DNA of 64,000 nucleotides. Source: Ignavibacteriota bacterium. GTDB taxonomy: Bacteria > Bacteroidota > Ignavibacteria > UBA10030. Below are positions 45,274-53,736 of the stretch, in pieces. Position numbers and translations under genes: made by a program. The notes below the pieces were generated by a model that saw only the letters and a list, made by a program, of their open reading frames with translations, made no database searches and was not told the DNA's origin. Numbering within the stretch: the first letter of the stretch is position 1; every line of letters starts with the position of its first letter. The stretch spans positions 1-64,000 of the forward strand of contig CAVSHO010000012.1 in assembly GCA_963727825.1 (NCBI GenBank). Reading direction: 5' to 3'.

Positions 45274-45320
45274 TGATGTTTGGGATTATTCGGATTATTA
45301 ACCATTCCGTCGATTTCTGA

Positions 45321-45403
45321 CTGTAGGGTTGTAGGTTCTCCCGCTCCATCATAATGGAACGGGACTATTAACCCCGACGTTTTATGTCGGGGCTCTCGGA
45401 GCA
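45321..45403 (+). pseudogene. Degenerate 3' duplicate of tRNA-Asn with two hairpin insertions
   Basis: ctgtAGGGTTGTAGGTTC[hairpin]CTA[TTAA+hairpin]CTCtCGGAGC, compared with ccgcAGGGTTGTAGGTTCgagtcCTACTCGCGGAGC in the intact gene. Confidence 0.8.
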
Positions 45404-45413
45404 CTTATAAATG

Positions 45414-45444
45414 AAAGGTCGAAATAGATTTTCGACCTTTTTTT
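45414..45444. terminator. Rho-independent terminator
   Basis: AAAGGTCGAAA...TTTCGACCTTTTTTT. Confidence 0.8.
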
Positions 45445-45482
45445 CTTACACCCATCTCAGAAAGAAAAATATTTTCTTATTT

Positions 45483-46679
45483 CTATAATCTTCGAATTCT
45501 AAACACAACTGCCAAATAAAAAGCGGTAATAATAGTTCCGATTGCTGACACACTAAACGTCACCGCTGGCGAAAACGCATACCACAACCATCCGGCTAAA
45601 CTGCTCGCCAGTAAAGTGCAAATGCTTTGCATTCCAGTGTAGAATCCGATGGCAGTCGCCACATCATTTTTAGAGACAATATTAGAAATCCATGCTTTAG
45701 AAATTCCTTCAGTGCTCGCAGCATACATTCCGTAGAGAAAAAACAATGCAAGTAATACAGGCATAGATGCAGCAAAAATGATCCCGCCATAAACAATCGC
45801 AAATAAAACCAATCCTGCGAAGAATATCAATTTTAATCCAATTTTGTCTCCCAACGCTCCCAGCGGATACGACATCAACGCATAGACAAGATTATAGAAA
45901 ATATAGATTCCAATCACCTGTTGATCTGTCGCCCTTTGGTGCCGCATCATCAAAAGAAGCAGCACATCCGAACTATTCATCAATGCAAAAAAGAGAAGAC
46001 CAACCACAAGTAGACGAAATTCGCGGGGAGCAATTTTCCAATATTTTAAGAAAGAGAAAAATCCGGATCTAGCATTATATGCAGACATTTTTTCAATATG
46101 TACATTTCTATCTTCCTTTATAAGAAAGGTTATCGCAATAGCAATTATCCCCGGGATAAAAGCAATCAGAAATAATGTTCTATACTGCGCCGGGTAAAAT
46201 ATAAGAAAAATTAAAGCCGCCAATGGACCAAGTGCGGCTCCGATCGTGTCGAATGCCCGATGGAAACCGAATACTCTTCCCTTAAACTCTGGAGTTGTTT
46301 CAGCGGAGAGCATTGCATCGCGTGCACCAGTGCGAATCCCTTTTCCTAACCTGTCTAGCGTACGTGCACCGAATATCCAAAGTGGAAACGTAAATACTGC
46401 CATCATCGGTTTGGAAATTGCACTTAGGGAATATCCCATTTGAACAAATATCTTTCGTTTACCAATGTTATCTGAAAGATTTCCAAAATATCCTTTACTC
46501 AAACCGGCGGTAGCTTCTGCAATTCCTTCTAACAAACCAATAAGCGCAACAGAAAACCCGATATTCGTGAGATACATTGGCATAATCGGATAAAGCATCT
46601 CGCTTGCTACATCAGTAAAAAGACTCACGATAGATAGAACTAGGATTGTACGTGTGATAATTCTCATTGTTCTCCTCAC
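45483..46679 (-). CDS. MFS transporter
   Basis: DVASEM, GNLSDNIGKRK, DRLGKGIRT and GRVFGFHR. Confidence 0.9.
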   Translation of the reverse strand: MRRTMRIITRTILVLSIVSLFTDVASEMLYPIMPMYLTNIGFSVALIGLLEGIAEATAGLSKGYFGNLSDNIGKRKIFVQMGYSLSAISKPMMAVFTFPLWIFGARTLDRLGKGIRTGARDAMLSAETTPEFKGRVFGFHRAFDTIGAALGPLAALIFLIFYPAQYRTLFLIAFIPGIIAIAITFLIKEDRNVHIEKMSAYNARSGFFSFLKYWKIAPREFRLLVVGLLFFALMNSSDVLLLLMMRHQRATDQQVIGIYIFYNLVYALMSYPLGALGDKIGLKLIFFAGLVLFAIVYGGIIFAASMPVLLALFFLYGMYAASTEGISKAWISNIVSKNDVATAIGFYTGMQSICTLLASSLAGWLWYAFSPAVTFSVSAIGTIITAFYLAVVFRIRRL

Positions 46680-46827
46680 GCTCTTTCTGATGATAATATA
46701 CTAAGTGATTTTTATGAGCGCAATTATCTGCTTTTTTAACAGAACATTTCAGTGGATTCACAGAAAAAGTTTCTTATATTTTTCGGAAATAAATTTTCAA
46801 CTTTTTGGTGTTGAGAGTAGGAGCAGT

Positions 46828-48147
46828 ATGGACTTCATATCAATCCTCCGAGGTCTCTTTGGCCTCATAGTTATTACAGCCCTCGCCTATATTTTTTCCG
46901 ACAATAAGAAAAAAATTAATTGGAAATTGGTCACCAGCGGCATCATAATGCAATTTGCCTTTGCATTTATCGTCGTGAAAACCGATATCGGCCGGGAGAT
47001 TTTCAGTTATTGCAGTAAATTCTTCGTATGGCTCTTCAGTTTTGCAAGTGACGGGGCACAATTCGTTTTCGGTGGATTGGCGAAAAACGTGGGCACTGAT
47101 GGAAGCCTTGGCTCTTTCTTTGCCTTTCAGGTTCTTCCAACTATTATTTTCTTTGTATGTTTTATGAGCATCCTCTACTATCTCGGCATTATGCAGCGTA
47201 TCGTTCAAGGCATTGCGTGGATAATGCTGCGTTTGTTGGGAACAAGTGGGGCAGAATCTCTTGATGTCGCGGCAAATACATTCATCGGTCAAACAGAAGC
47301 TCCGGTCGTTATCCGGCCTTACCTTGCTACACTGACCAATTCCGAACTCTTCACTATTATGACAAGCGGTATGGCACACATCGCTGGTGGGGTACTTGCC
47401 GCATATATGCAGATGCTCGGCTTGGCATATGCGAAAGCTAATGGCTTGCCAATTGACGCATCGCAGGTATATTTTGCCGGTCATCTCCTCGCAGCAAGCA
47501 TTATGGCAGCCCCTGCAACTATGGTGGTTGCAAAAATGTTAATGCCGGAGACCAGTGAGCCCCTCACGATGGGAACCGTGCGCGTCAAGATCGAACGGAC
47601 TCATTCCAACATTATCGAAGCGGCTGCAGGCGGCGCAGGCGATGGCGTGCGCCTTGCAATTAATGTTGCCGGAATGCTTATCGCATTCATTGCGATAATT
47701 GCGTTGATAAATGCATTATTGGGTTACGTCGGTGATATTTCTGGATTAAATGCCGTCTGCCAAACACAGTTCCATCAAAAATTATCGCTCGAACTTCTTT
47801 TCGGACTTATTTTCCAGTTCATTGCATTCACTATCGGTGTCCCCTGGCACGACTCACTCAATGTTGGCAGTTTGATGGGAATTAAATTGGTGGTCAATGA
47901 ATTTGTCGCTTATTTGCGAATGGCCGATATGATCTCAGCAGGTATGCTTTCGCCAAAAGCGATTGTGATTTCTACTTACGCTCTTTGCGGGTTCGCGAAT
48001 TTTTCATCTATTGCTATTCAAATTGGCGGTTTAAGTCCGCTTGCTGAAAATCGTCGCAGCGATATCGCAAAATTAGGATTGAAAGCGGTACTCGGCGGTA
48101 CAATCGCAACATGGATGACGGCATCGATAGCCGGGCTTCTTTGCTAA
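46828..48147 (+). CDS. nupC: Concentrative nucleoside transporter (NupC/CNT family)
   Basis: FAFQVLPTIIFF, FIGQTEAP, NEFVAY and CGFANFSS. Confidence 0.93.
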   Translation: MDFISILRGLFGLIVITALAYIFSDNKKKINWKLVTSGIIMQFAFAFIVVKTDIGREIFSYCSKFFVWLFSFASDGAQFVFGGLAKNVGTDGSLGSFFAFQVLPTIIFFVCFMSILYYLGIMQRIVQGIAWIMLRLLGTSGAESLDVAANTFIGQTEAPVVIRPYLATLTNSELFTIMTSGMAHIAGGVLAAYMQMLGLAYAKANGLPIDASQVYFAGHLLAASIMAAPATMVVAKMLMPETSEPLTMGTVRVKIERTHSNIIEAAAGGAGDGVRLAINVAGMLIAFIAIIALINALLGYVGDISGLNAVCQTQFHQKLSLELLFGLIFQFIAFTIGVPWHDSLNVGSLMGIKLVVNEFVAYLRMADMISAGMLSPKAIVISTYALCGFANFSSIAIQIGGLSPLAENRRSDIAKLGLKAVLGGTIATWMTASIAGLLC

Positions 48148-48204
48148 TTGATGTTACGCACTAATAATTTTTTATTAAAGGATTTATAGTTCTTTATATG
48201 ATTG

Positions 48205-48290
48205 TCCACCTCCCTATCCCGACCCGATTTTGCATCGTGTGGGGATTTCCCCTCCCCGCCTGCTGCGGGCAGGCTCAAACGAGGAGGAGC
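48205..48290. repeat. Purine/pyrimidine-tract hairpin repeat with nested hairpin insertions
   Basis: TCCCGACCCGAT...GGGA and CCCGCCTGCTGCGGGCAGG lie inside CCACCTCCC...CTC AAAC GAGGAGG. Confidence 0.5.
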
Positions 48291-48422
48291 GTATTAAAGT
48301 AATTCCACGAAGTGAAATTACAATAAATGCGCAGATTTTTCTTTAAAGGGGTGGTTTACTTTGTTTTATTATATTCCATGTTTATCAGCATAAAAGATGG
48401 CTTTGCGTAACATTAGTTGCTA

Positions 48423-48558
48423 GAGACCTCTGAAAAACATTATTTGTCATTTCGATCGCAGGGAGAAATCTTTCTTTTTATTAAGATTTCTCAGTCTCCC
48501 GATCGACGTTGTCGTTCGGGATTCTTCGAAATGACAATCCCGAATATTGCAGAAGTTT
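48423..48558. repeat. Nested element: imperfect outer inverted repeat, TGTCATTTCGA REP doublet and TCCCGA...TCGGGA hairpin
   Basis: GAGACCTCTGAAAAA...TATTGCAGAAGTTTC, TGTCATTTCGA..GAGAAATCT...AGATTTCTC..TCGAAATGACA, with an insert near 48497-48521. Confidence 0.7.
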
Positions 48559-48597
48559 CTGCAAATTAATTTTCATGGTCTAAATCAAGGATCGTTC

Positions 48598-50202
48598 ATG
48601 AACGACACTCAGAAGAATTACAAATGGTTTGTTCTCGAAGACTGGAATGGGTTCTTCGGACTCATATTCGACAATTTGACTGTCCTTTCCTTCCTTGCAG
48701 GTATTCTTATTTTCGTTTTTAAATATCCGGCAGATGTTGTATATACGAGAATGTTTCCCGGAACTGCATTCGGTGTATTGTTCGGCGATCTTATCTATAC
48801 TTGGATGGCGTTCCGGTTAGCGAAGAAAACCGGTAATACAAAAGTAACCGCAATGCCGCTCGGTCTCGATACACCATCAACAATTGGGATTGCGCTCGTG
48901 GTACTTGGTCCCGCCTTTATCGGCTTGAAGGCAGAAGGAATTTCTGAGCGTGACGCGGCTATGATGACCTGGTATATCGGTATGGCAACCATGGTGTTTA
49001 TGGGTATCATCAAATTTGTATTCTCTTTTTTAGGTCGATGGGTGCAGAAGATTGTTCCGCAAGCAGGATTGCTTGGTTCCCTCGCGGGTATCGGGCTTGC
49101 GTTGATCGGAATGACTCCCTTGATCGACATTTTCGGCATGCCGCTTGTTGGACTTATTGCGCTTGGAATGATTTTTTACACATTGATTGCTGGAATTAAA
49201 TTGCCGTTTAAAATTCCGGGAGTATTCGCATCGGTTGCAGTCGGAACTGTACTCTATTATCTCCTCGGTCCCTCCGGAATTGTTGGTGGAACATACGCCG
49301 GGCCTCCTCCTGCTGAACTCCATTTTGGCCTACCCTTACCTACGTTAGATTTTATTAAAGGACTTGCTCCTGCACTCAAGTATCTTCCCATTGCTATTCC
49401 CTTCGGTATATTAACAGTCGTCGGCGGAATCAACGTAACGGAAAGTGCACGGGTTGCTGGTGACGATTACAGTACACGGAATATCCTTCTAACAGAAGCA
49501 ATTGCTACTCTCATTGCTGGAATTTGCGGCGGTGTCGCTCAGTCAACGCCTTATATCGGACAACCAGCTTACAAACATATGGGTTCACGGGCGGGATATA
49601 CTTTTCTCACCGGTGTTTTTATTGGATTGGGCGGAATTTTTGGATATATATCGTTTATTGTTGAACTTATCCCGCGTGCTGTATTAGCGCCGATTCTCAT
49701 CTTCGTTGCATTTGATATTATCGCGCAATCATTTCAAGCGTGCCCGGCACGGCATGCACCGGCGATCGCCTTTGCATTCTTCCCGACAATCGCGCGTTTG
49801 TTGGCAATCAAATTAGGAAATACAGACGCAGTGCTTCCGGAAACCTTCAATAAACTAATGGCAGTCCCGGGAAAAGCATTACCTGAATTGCTTATCATCG
49901 TTGCGCTTGGCAATGGATTCATCGTCACGGGAATGTTATGGGGCGCATTCCTCGCCGAACTCATCGATCGTCGGTTGCGGGCATCGGCGGCATACTTGAT
50001 CGCCCTGGCAGCGTTAACGTTTTTCGGAATAATCCATTCTGCATTACCTGATGGAATGATGTATTTGCCATGGAATCTTGATGGATTAGCCAGACAGGTT
50101 CCATATCAATTCACAGTGGCGTATTTAGCATTGGCGGCTTTCTTCTTTGCTATGTCTTTTACAAAGGAAAGCAGAGAACCGATCACTGGAATAGGACACT
50201 AA
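48598..50202 (+). CDS. NCS2-like (xanthine/uracil/AzgA-type) permease
   Basis: Many TM segments, TAMPLGLDTP, ESARVAGDDY and TPYIGQPAYKHMG. Confidence 0.75.
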   Translation: MNDTQKNYKWFVLEDWNGFFGLIFDNLTVLSFLAGILIFVFKYPADVVYTRMFPGTAFGVLFGDLIYTWMAFRLAKKTGNTKVTAMPLGLDTPSTIGIALVVLGPAFIGLKAEGISERDAAMMTWYIGMATMVFMGIIKFVFSFLGRWVQKIVPQAGLLGSLAGIGLALIGMTPLIDIFGMPLVGLIALGMIFYTLIAGIKLPFKIPGVFASVAVGTVLYYLLGPSGIVGGTYAGPPPAELHFGLPLPTLDFIKGLAPALKYLPIAIPFGILTVVGGINVTESARVAGDDYSTRNILLTEAIATLIAGICGGVAQSTPYIGQPAYKHMGSRAGYTFLTGVFIGLGGIFGYISFIVELIPRAVLAPILIFVAFDIIAQSFQACPARHAPAIAFAFFPTIARLLAIKLGNTDAVLPETFNKLMAVPGKALPELLIIVALGNGFIVTGMLWGAFLAELIDRRLRASAAYLIALAALTFFGIIHSALPDGMMYLPWNLDGLARQVPYQFTVAYLALAAFFFAMSFTKESREPITGIGH

Positions 50203-50212
50203 AGGATTTTTT

Positions 50213-50977
50213 ATGTTTCGTTCTGCGTTCGTTTGGATTACAACATGCATACTTATTCTCCTTTGGCTTTTCTTATTAGCAATAAGTCGATTGTTTGATC
50301 ATGATCCGGTGCACTATCGGACTGGCTTTCTATTCCGAAAAATCGGGAATGCACTAACCTGGATCAATCCTGCATGGCGGCTTCACATTACCGGTGAAAT
50401 TATTTCCAATCCGCGACTGCCGTACGTCGTTGTCTGTAATCATCAATCGATGGCTGATATTCCATTGATCAGCAACTTGCCATGGGAAATGAAATGGATG
50501 GCGAAAACAGAAATATTCAAACTACCAATCCTCGGCTGGATGCTGCGGCTTGCAGGCGATATTAGTGTTGATCGAAAAAATCCACGCAGCGGCGCTCAAG
50601 CGCTCATCAAGGCACAGCATATTCTTGAACAAAAATGTTCCGTTATGATTTTTCCGGAAGGAACGCGCACTCTTGATGGACGAGTGCGGCAATTCACAGA
50701 CGGAGCATTTCATCTTGCTATCAAAGCTAAAGTCCCTATACTTCCTCTCGTCATTGAAGGTTCGCGCGATTGCATCCCGAAGAACAGTTGGAAATTCGGC
50801 AAGCCATCGGATATCTTTCTGAAAGTGCTGCCGCCAATCGAAACATCTTCATTGACAATACAGGACGTTCCTTTGCTTCGTGACAATGTCCGTACAGCAA
50901 TTATGAAACAAATTGCAGAATGGCGCTCGGTTCCGATTGAAGCAGTGGATGGGATGATGCCACTTTCGACAAAATAG
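50213..50977 (+). CDS. plsC: 1-acyl-sn-glycerol-3-phosphate acyltransferase
   Basis: NHQSMADI and IFPEGTR. Confidence 0.9.
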   Translation: MFRSAFVWITTCILILLWLFLLAISRLFDHDPVHYRTGFLFRKIGNALTWINPAWRLHITGEIISNPRLPYVVVCNHQSMADIPLISNLPWEMKWMAKTEIFKLPILGWMLRLAGDISVDRKNPRSGAQALIKAQHILEQKCSVMIFPEGTRTLDGRVRQFTDGAFHLAIKAKVPILPLVIEGSRDCIPKNSWKFGKPSDIFLKVLPPIETSSLTIQDVPLLRDNVRTAIMKQIAEWRSVPIEAVDGMMPLSTK

Positions 50978-51179
50978 GAAACAGCAATTTTAAAAGTCGA
51001 GAGGAAAAACGAGAAGTCAAATCTCAGATTGCTTCATCGTTAAATCTACCAAAGGGTGTGAGCATTGCAATCAGGCGGGTTAAAGCATAAAGGCAATATT
51101 TTAAGGAAGGACAATCGAGAGATTGCCCTTCTTCATTTTATACAGGAATACAAAAATAGACATAGTATTATATACTCAC

Positions 51180-52070
51180 CTACTTGGTAATATCCAAAAG
51201 CTCCTTAGGGACATGAAAACCTAATTCTTTCGCTCTTTTGAAATTTGAATGCGCTTCGCTCTTTTTGTTAAGTCGCGCGTATGCGAGCCCCCTGTCATAG
51301 TAGGCGAGTGCAAAGTCCGGGTTCAAAACGATTGCCTTGGTGAAGTCAGCAATGGCTCCTTGATAGTCCTTAAGCGTATACCTTGTCAAGCCCCTGCCAT
51401 TGTAGGCTTCTGAATCATTCGGGTTCAAACCGATTGCCTTGGAGAAGTCAGCAATGGCTCCTTGATAGTCTTGAAGCATATACTTTGCTTTCCCCCTGCC
51501 GTTGTAGGAAATTTGTGCATCCTCAGGGTTCAAACCGATTGCCTTGGAGAAGTCGGAAATGGCTTCCTGATAGTCTTGAAGTGTATGCTTTGCGTATCCC
51601 CTGTAATAATAGACATCTGCATAATCTGGTTTCAGCTTGATTGCCTCATTGTAGTCGGTAATAGCTCCCTGACAATCTTCAAGATTAAACTTTGCGAACC
51701 CCCTGTAATAATAGGCATCTACAAAGTCCGGTTTCAGCTTGATTATTTCATTGAAGTCAACAATTGCGCCTTGATGGTCTTCTAGATTCCGCTTTGCAAT
51801 CCCTCTGAATAGATAGGCTTCCGCAAAATCCGGTTTCAGTTTGATTGCCTCGTTGAAGTCAGCAATAGCTTCTTGCCATTCGTTAAGTTCACTCTTTGCG
51901 TTTCCTCTGTGTAGGAAGGCTTCTGCATAATCTGGTTTCAGTTTGATTGCCTCATTGATGTCAGCAATGGCTCCCCGATAGTCTTGATGTATACACTTTT
52001 CGAGCCCCCTAAGATAGTAGGCTTTAGCATCATCCAGTTCCATACCGATTGACTTTTTGAACAGACTCAT
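51180..52070 (-). CDS. Tetratricopeptide repeat protein (eight 34-aa repeats)
   Basis: Repeated AY..RG.AK..L.DYQGAIADF..AI.L.P, with 102-bp DNA periodicity. Confidence 0.93.
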   Translation of the reverse strand: MSLFKKSIGMELDDAKAYYLRGLEKCIHQDYRGAIADINEAIKLKPDYAEAFLHRGNAKSELNEWQEAIADFNEAIKLKPDFAEAYLFRGIAKRNLEDHQGAIVDFNEIIKLKPDFVDAYYYRGFAKFNLEDCQGAITDYNEAIKLKPDYADVYYYRGYAKHTLQDYQEAISDFSKAIGLNPEDAQISYNGRGKAKYMLQDYQGAIADFSKAIGLNPNDSEAYNGRGLTRYTLKDYQGAIADFTKAIVLNPDFALAYYDRGLAYARLNKKSEAHSNFKRAKELGFHVPKELLDITK

Positions 52071-52320
52071 CTTATGCTCCTCGTACGTTTATACAATTAT
52101 ATTTAATAATATAACAACAAAATATGCTCTTTGACAATGACCTTCCATTTATTTAAGTTTAAATGACATTCACCTATACCAGAGAGGTTTAGTATATTTT
52201 GAAAGTTATCCACTTGATACTCAGTTCGTTCACAGCAAAACAGAATGTTTTGGAAAAATATAGATAGCTACATTTATAGATGGGTATGGAAAGGTTATTA
52301 AATTATAAAAGGAGTTTTTC

Positions 52321-52908
52321 TTGCTCTCTTGGGAATTCCAACAATTTTATAATAATTGGCTTCATAAAGCTGATTCATACAATACTGATGATTTAACAGA
52401 CTGTTTTGATAAGTTTTTTACCCTATTCGTTCTGTACAATCGTCTTTATGCCGAAACCACGTTTGAACTTGCTCGTGTCGGCAAGATTAATTTAAGTAAT
52501 CACAAATATTTCCCTGATTCAAAAGCGGCAACTTGTTATATAAAACAATTTCTTGGCGCAAATGCCATACTTGATTGTATAAATTCAAATCCATCTTCTC
52601 ATTGCGCCTTATCAAATATTATTTCTCTTATTGAAGCAGAAAGATTTCACATACTTTTGCATCTAATTACTGGTGAAGGACAACGAAAAAAGGACATTGA
52701 ACTTCTTGAATCACTTCGTTCAACAAATCCAGATTTAAAAGCAGGCGCCATTTTACAATTAATATATTCAATAAGATGTAATTTATTTCATGGACACAAA
52801 TCATTTGAAGGAGTGCAAAAAGAGATTGTTGTTCCTGTTTTAGTTATCCTTCATAATATTGTTGTATGTCTCTATAATAAACTTAACGCCGCCCTAACCC
52901 ACGGCTGA
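52321..52908 (+). CDS. HEPN-like domain protein
   Basis: N-terminal DKFFTLFVLYNRLY helix and C-terminal IYSIRCNLFHGHK (R-x4-H). AT-rich. Confidence 0.65.
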   Translation: MLSWEFQQFYNNWLHKADSYNTDDLTDCFDKFFTLFVLYNRLYAETTFELARVGKINLSNHKYFPDSKAATCYIKQFLGANAILDCINSNPSSHCALSNIISLIEAERFHILLHLITGEGQRKKDIELLESLRSTNPDLKAGAILQLIYSIRCNLFHGHKSFEGVQKEIVVPVLVILHNIVVCLYNKLNAALTHG

Positions 52909-53118
52909 AGCTGACGAAATGAGGTTGGTTTTTTTGTTCCATTATATCGTTATTCTTTATTTTGCCTTCACCATTTTGATTTGATTTCTTAAGCTGGTGA
53001 TGATGTCTTGCTGAACACGGCATCTATCCATCAAGTGCCGTATCTGATTTTCTTTCGATTCTATCTCGGCATCTAATCTTATTTCCTCACCATTTTTTTT
53101 CTGAATGTATGATGCGTC

Positions 53119-53158
53119 AAAAAAAAGAGCTGAATCCATTAAAGGAATCAACTCTTTT
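53119..53158 (-). terminator. Terminator after the tRNA-Ile2 3' duplicate
   Basis: AAAAGAG.TGA.TCC...GGAATCA.CTCTTTT with a T-run on the minus strand. Confidence 0.65.
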
Positions 53159-53165
53159 CGATTTG

Positions 53166-53241
53166 TGGGCCCTGCTGGGCTCTCCGCCAAAGGCGGATGC
53201 GCCTTCCACCAAAAAATGGCGGACAAGCTGGCGCAGAACCA
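53166..53241 (-). pseudogene. 3'-end duplicate of tRNA-Ile2 with nested hairpin insertions in the T-loop
   Basis: TGGGCCCTGCTGGGCTC[53183-53235]GAACCA matches the 3' 23 nt of the intact gene. Confidence 0.85.
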
Positions 53242-53255
53242 CGGCTTATTTTTTG

Positions 53256-53329
53256 TGGGCCCTGCTGGGCTCGAACCAGCGACCCGCAGATTATGAGTCT
53301 GCTGCTCTAACCAACTGAGCTAAGGGCCC
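53256..53329 (-). tRNA. tRNA with CAT anticodon, probably tRNA-Ile2 (lysidine)
   Basis: GGGCCCT acceptor, GCAGA-CT CAT AA-TCTGC anticodon arm and GGTTCGAGCCC T-arm. It lacks initiator features. Confidence 0.92.
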
Positions 53330-53660
53330 AATGTTAACTTAAATTAAAATCTCTTATCTATTTTTGAAGATCTACGACCCGCAGATTATGAGTCTGCTGC
53401 TCCCCGCCCGACTGCACGATGCAATCGTGCGGGCAGGTAACCAACTGTTTACCCGCCGTGCCTTACCTTTTGGCGGGAGCTAAGGGCCCGAATGTTAACT
53501 CAAAATTAACAATCTCTTATCAATTTTTGAAGATTTAGGACCCGCAGATTATGAGTCTAGATGCTCCCCGCCCGACTGCACGGAATGCATACTCGTGCTG
53601 GGCAGTTCCCAACTGATTTACCCGTCCGTGCCTTATTTTATGCCGCGAGAGCTCGACGAA
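53330..53660 (-). repeat. Two upstream tandem units: spacer plus tRNA-Ile2 5' portion with two hairpin inserts (second unit degenerate)
   Basis: Copies at 53375-53489 and about 53539-53660. Inserts at 53403-53437 and 53448-53477. The spacer AATGTTAACT...TTTTTGAAGAT is repeated. Confidence 0.85.
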
Positions 53661-53736
53661 GCTCGTGACGGGAATCTAACTATTAGATAAATTGCACATG
53701 TAAAAATAACCCACTCTTGACGATTTCTCGTGCGCA

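Noticed and set aside
44652-45403. Split or intron-containing tRNA (5' half upstream, 3' half downstream)
   Set aside because: An intact tRNA-Asn lies between the halves, the 3' copy is degenerate, and the inserts do not resemble group I introns or bulge-helix-bulge introns.
51180-52070. 102-bp DNA repeats as a non-coding array or DGR-like template
   Set aside because: Fully explained by 34-aa TPR coding repeats, and no reverse transcriptase is nearby.
52957-53318. ORFs 52957..53226, 53105..53296 and 53109..53318
   Set aside because: They run through the tRNA, its duplicate and the terminator. Only a short coiled-coil-like fragment at 52957-53100 might be a gene remnant, which is not enough to call.
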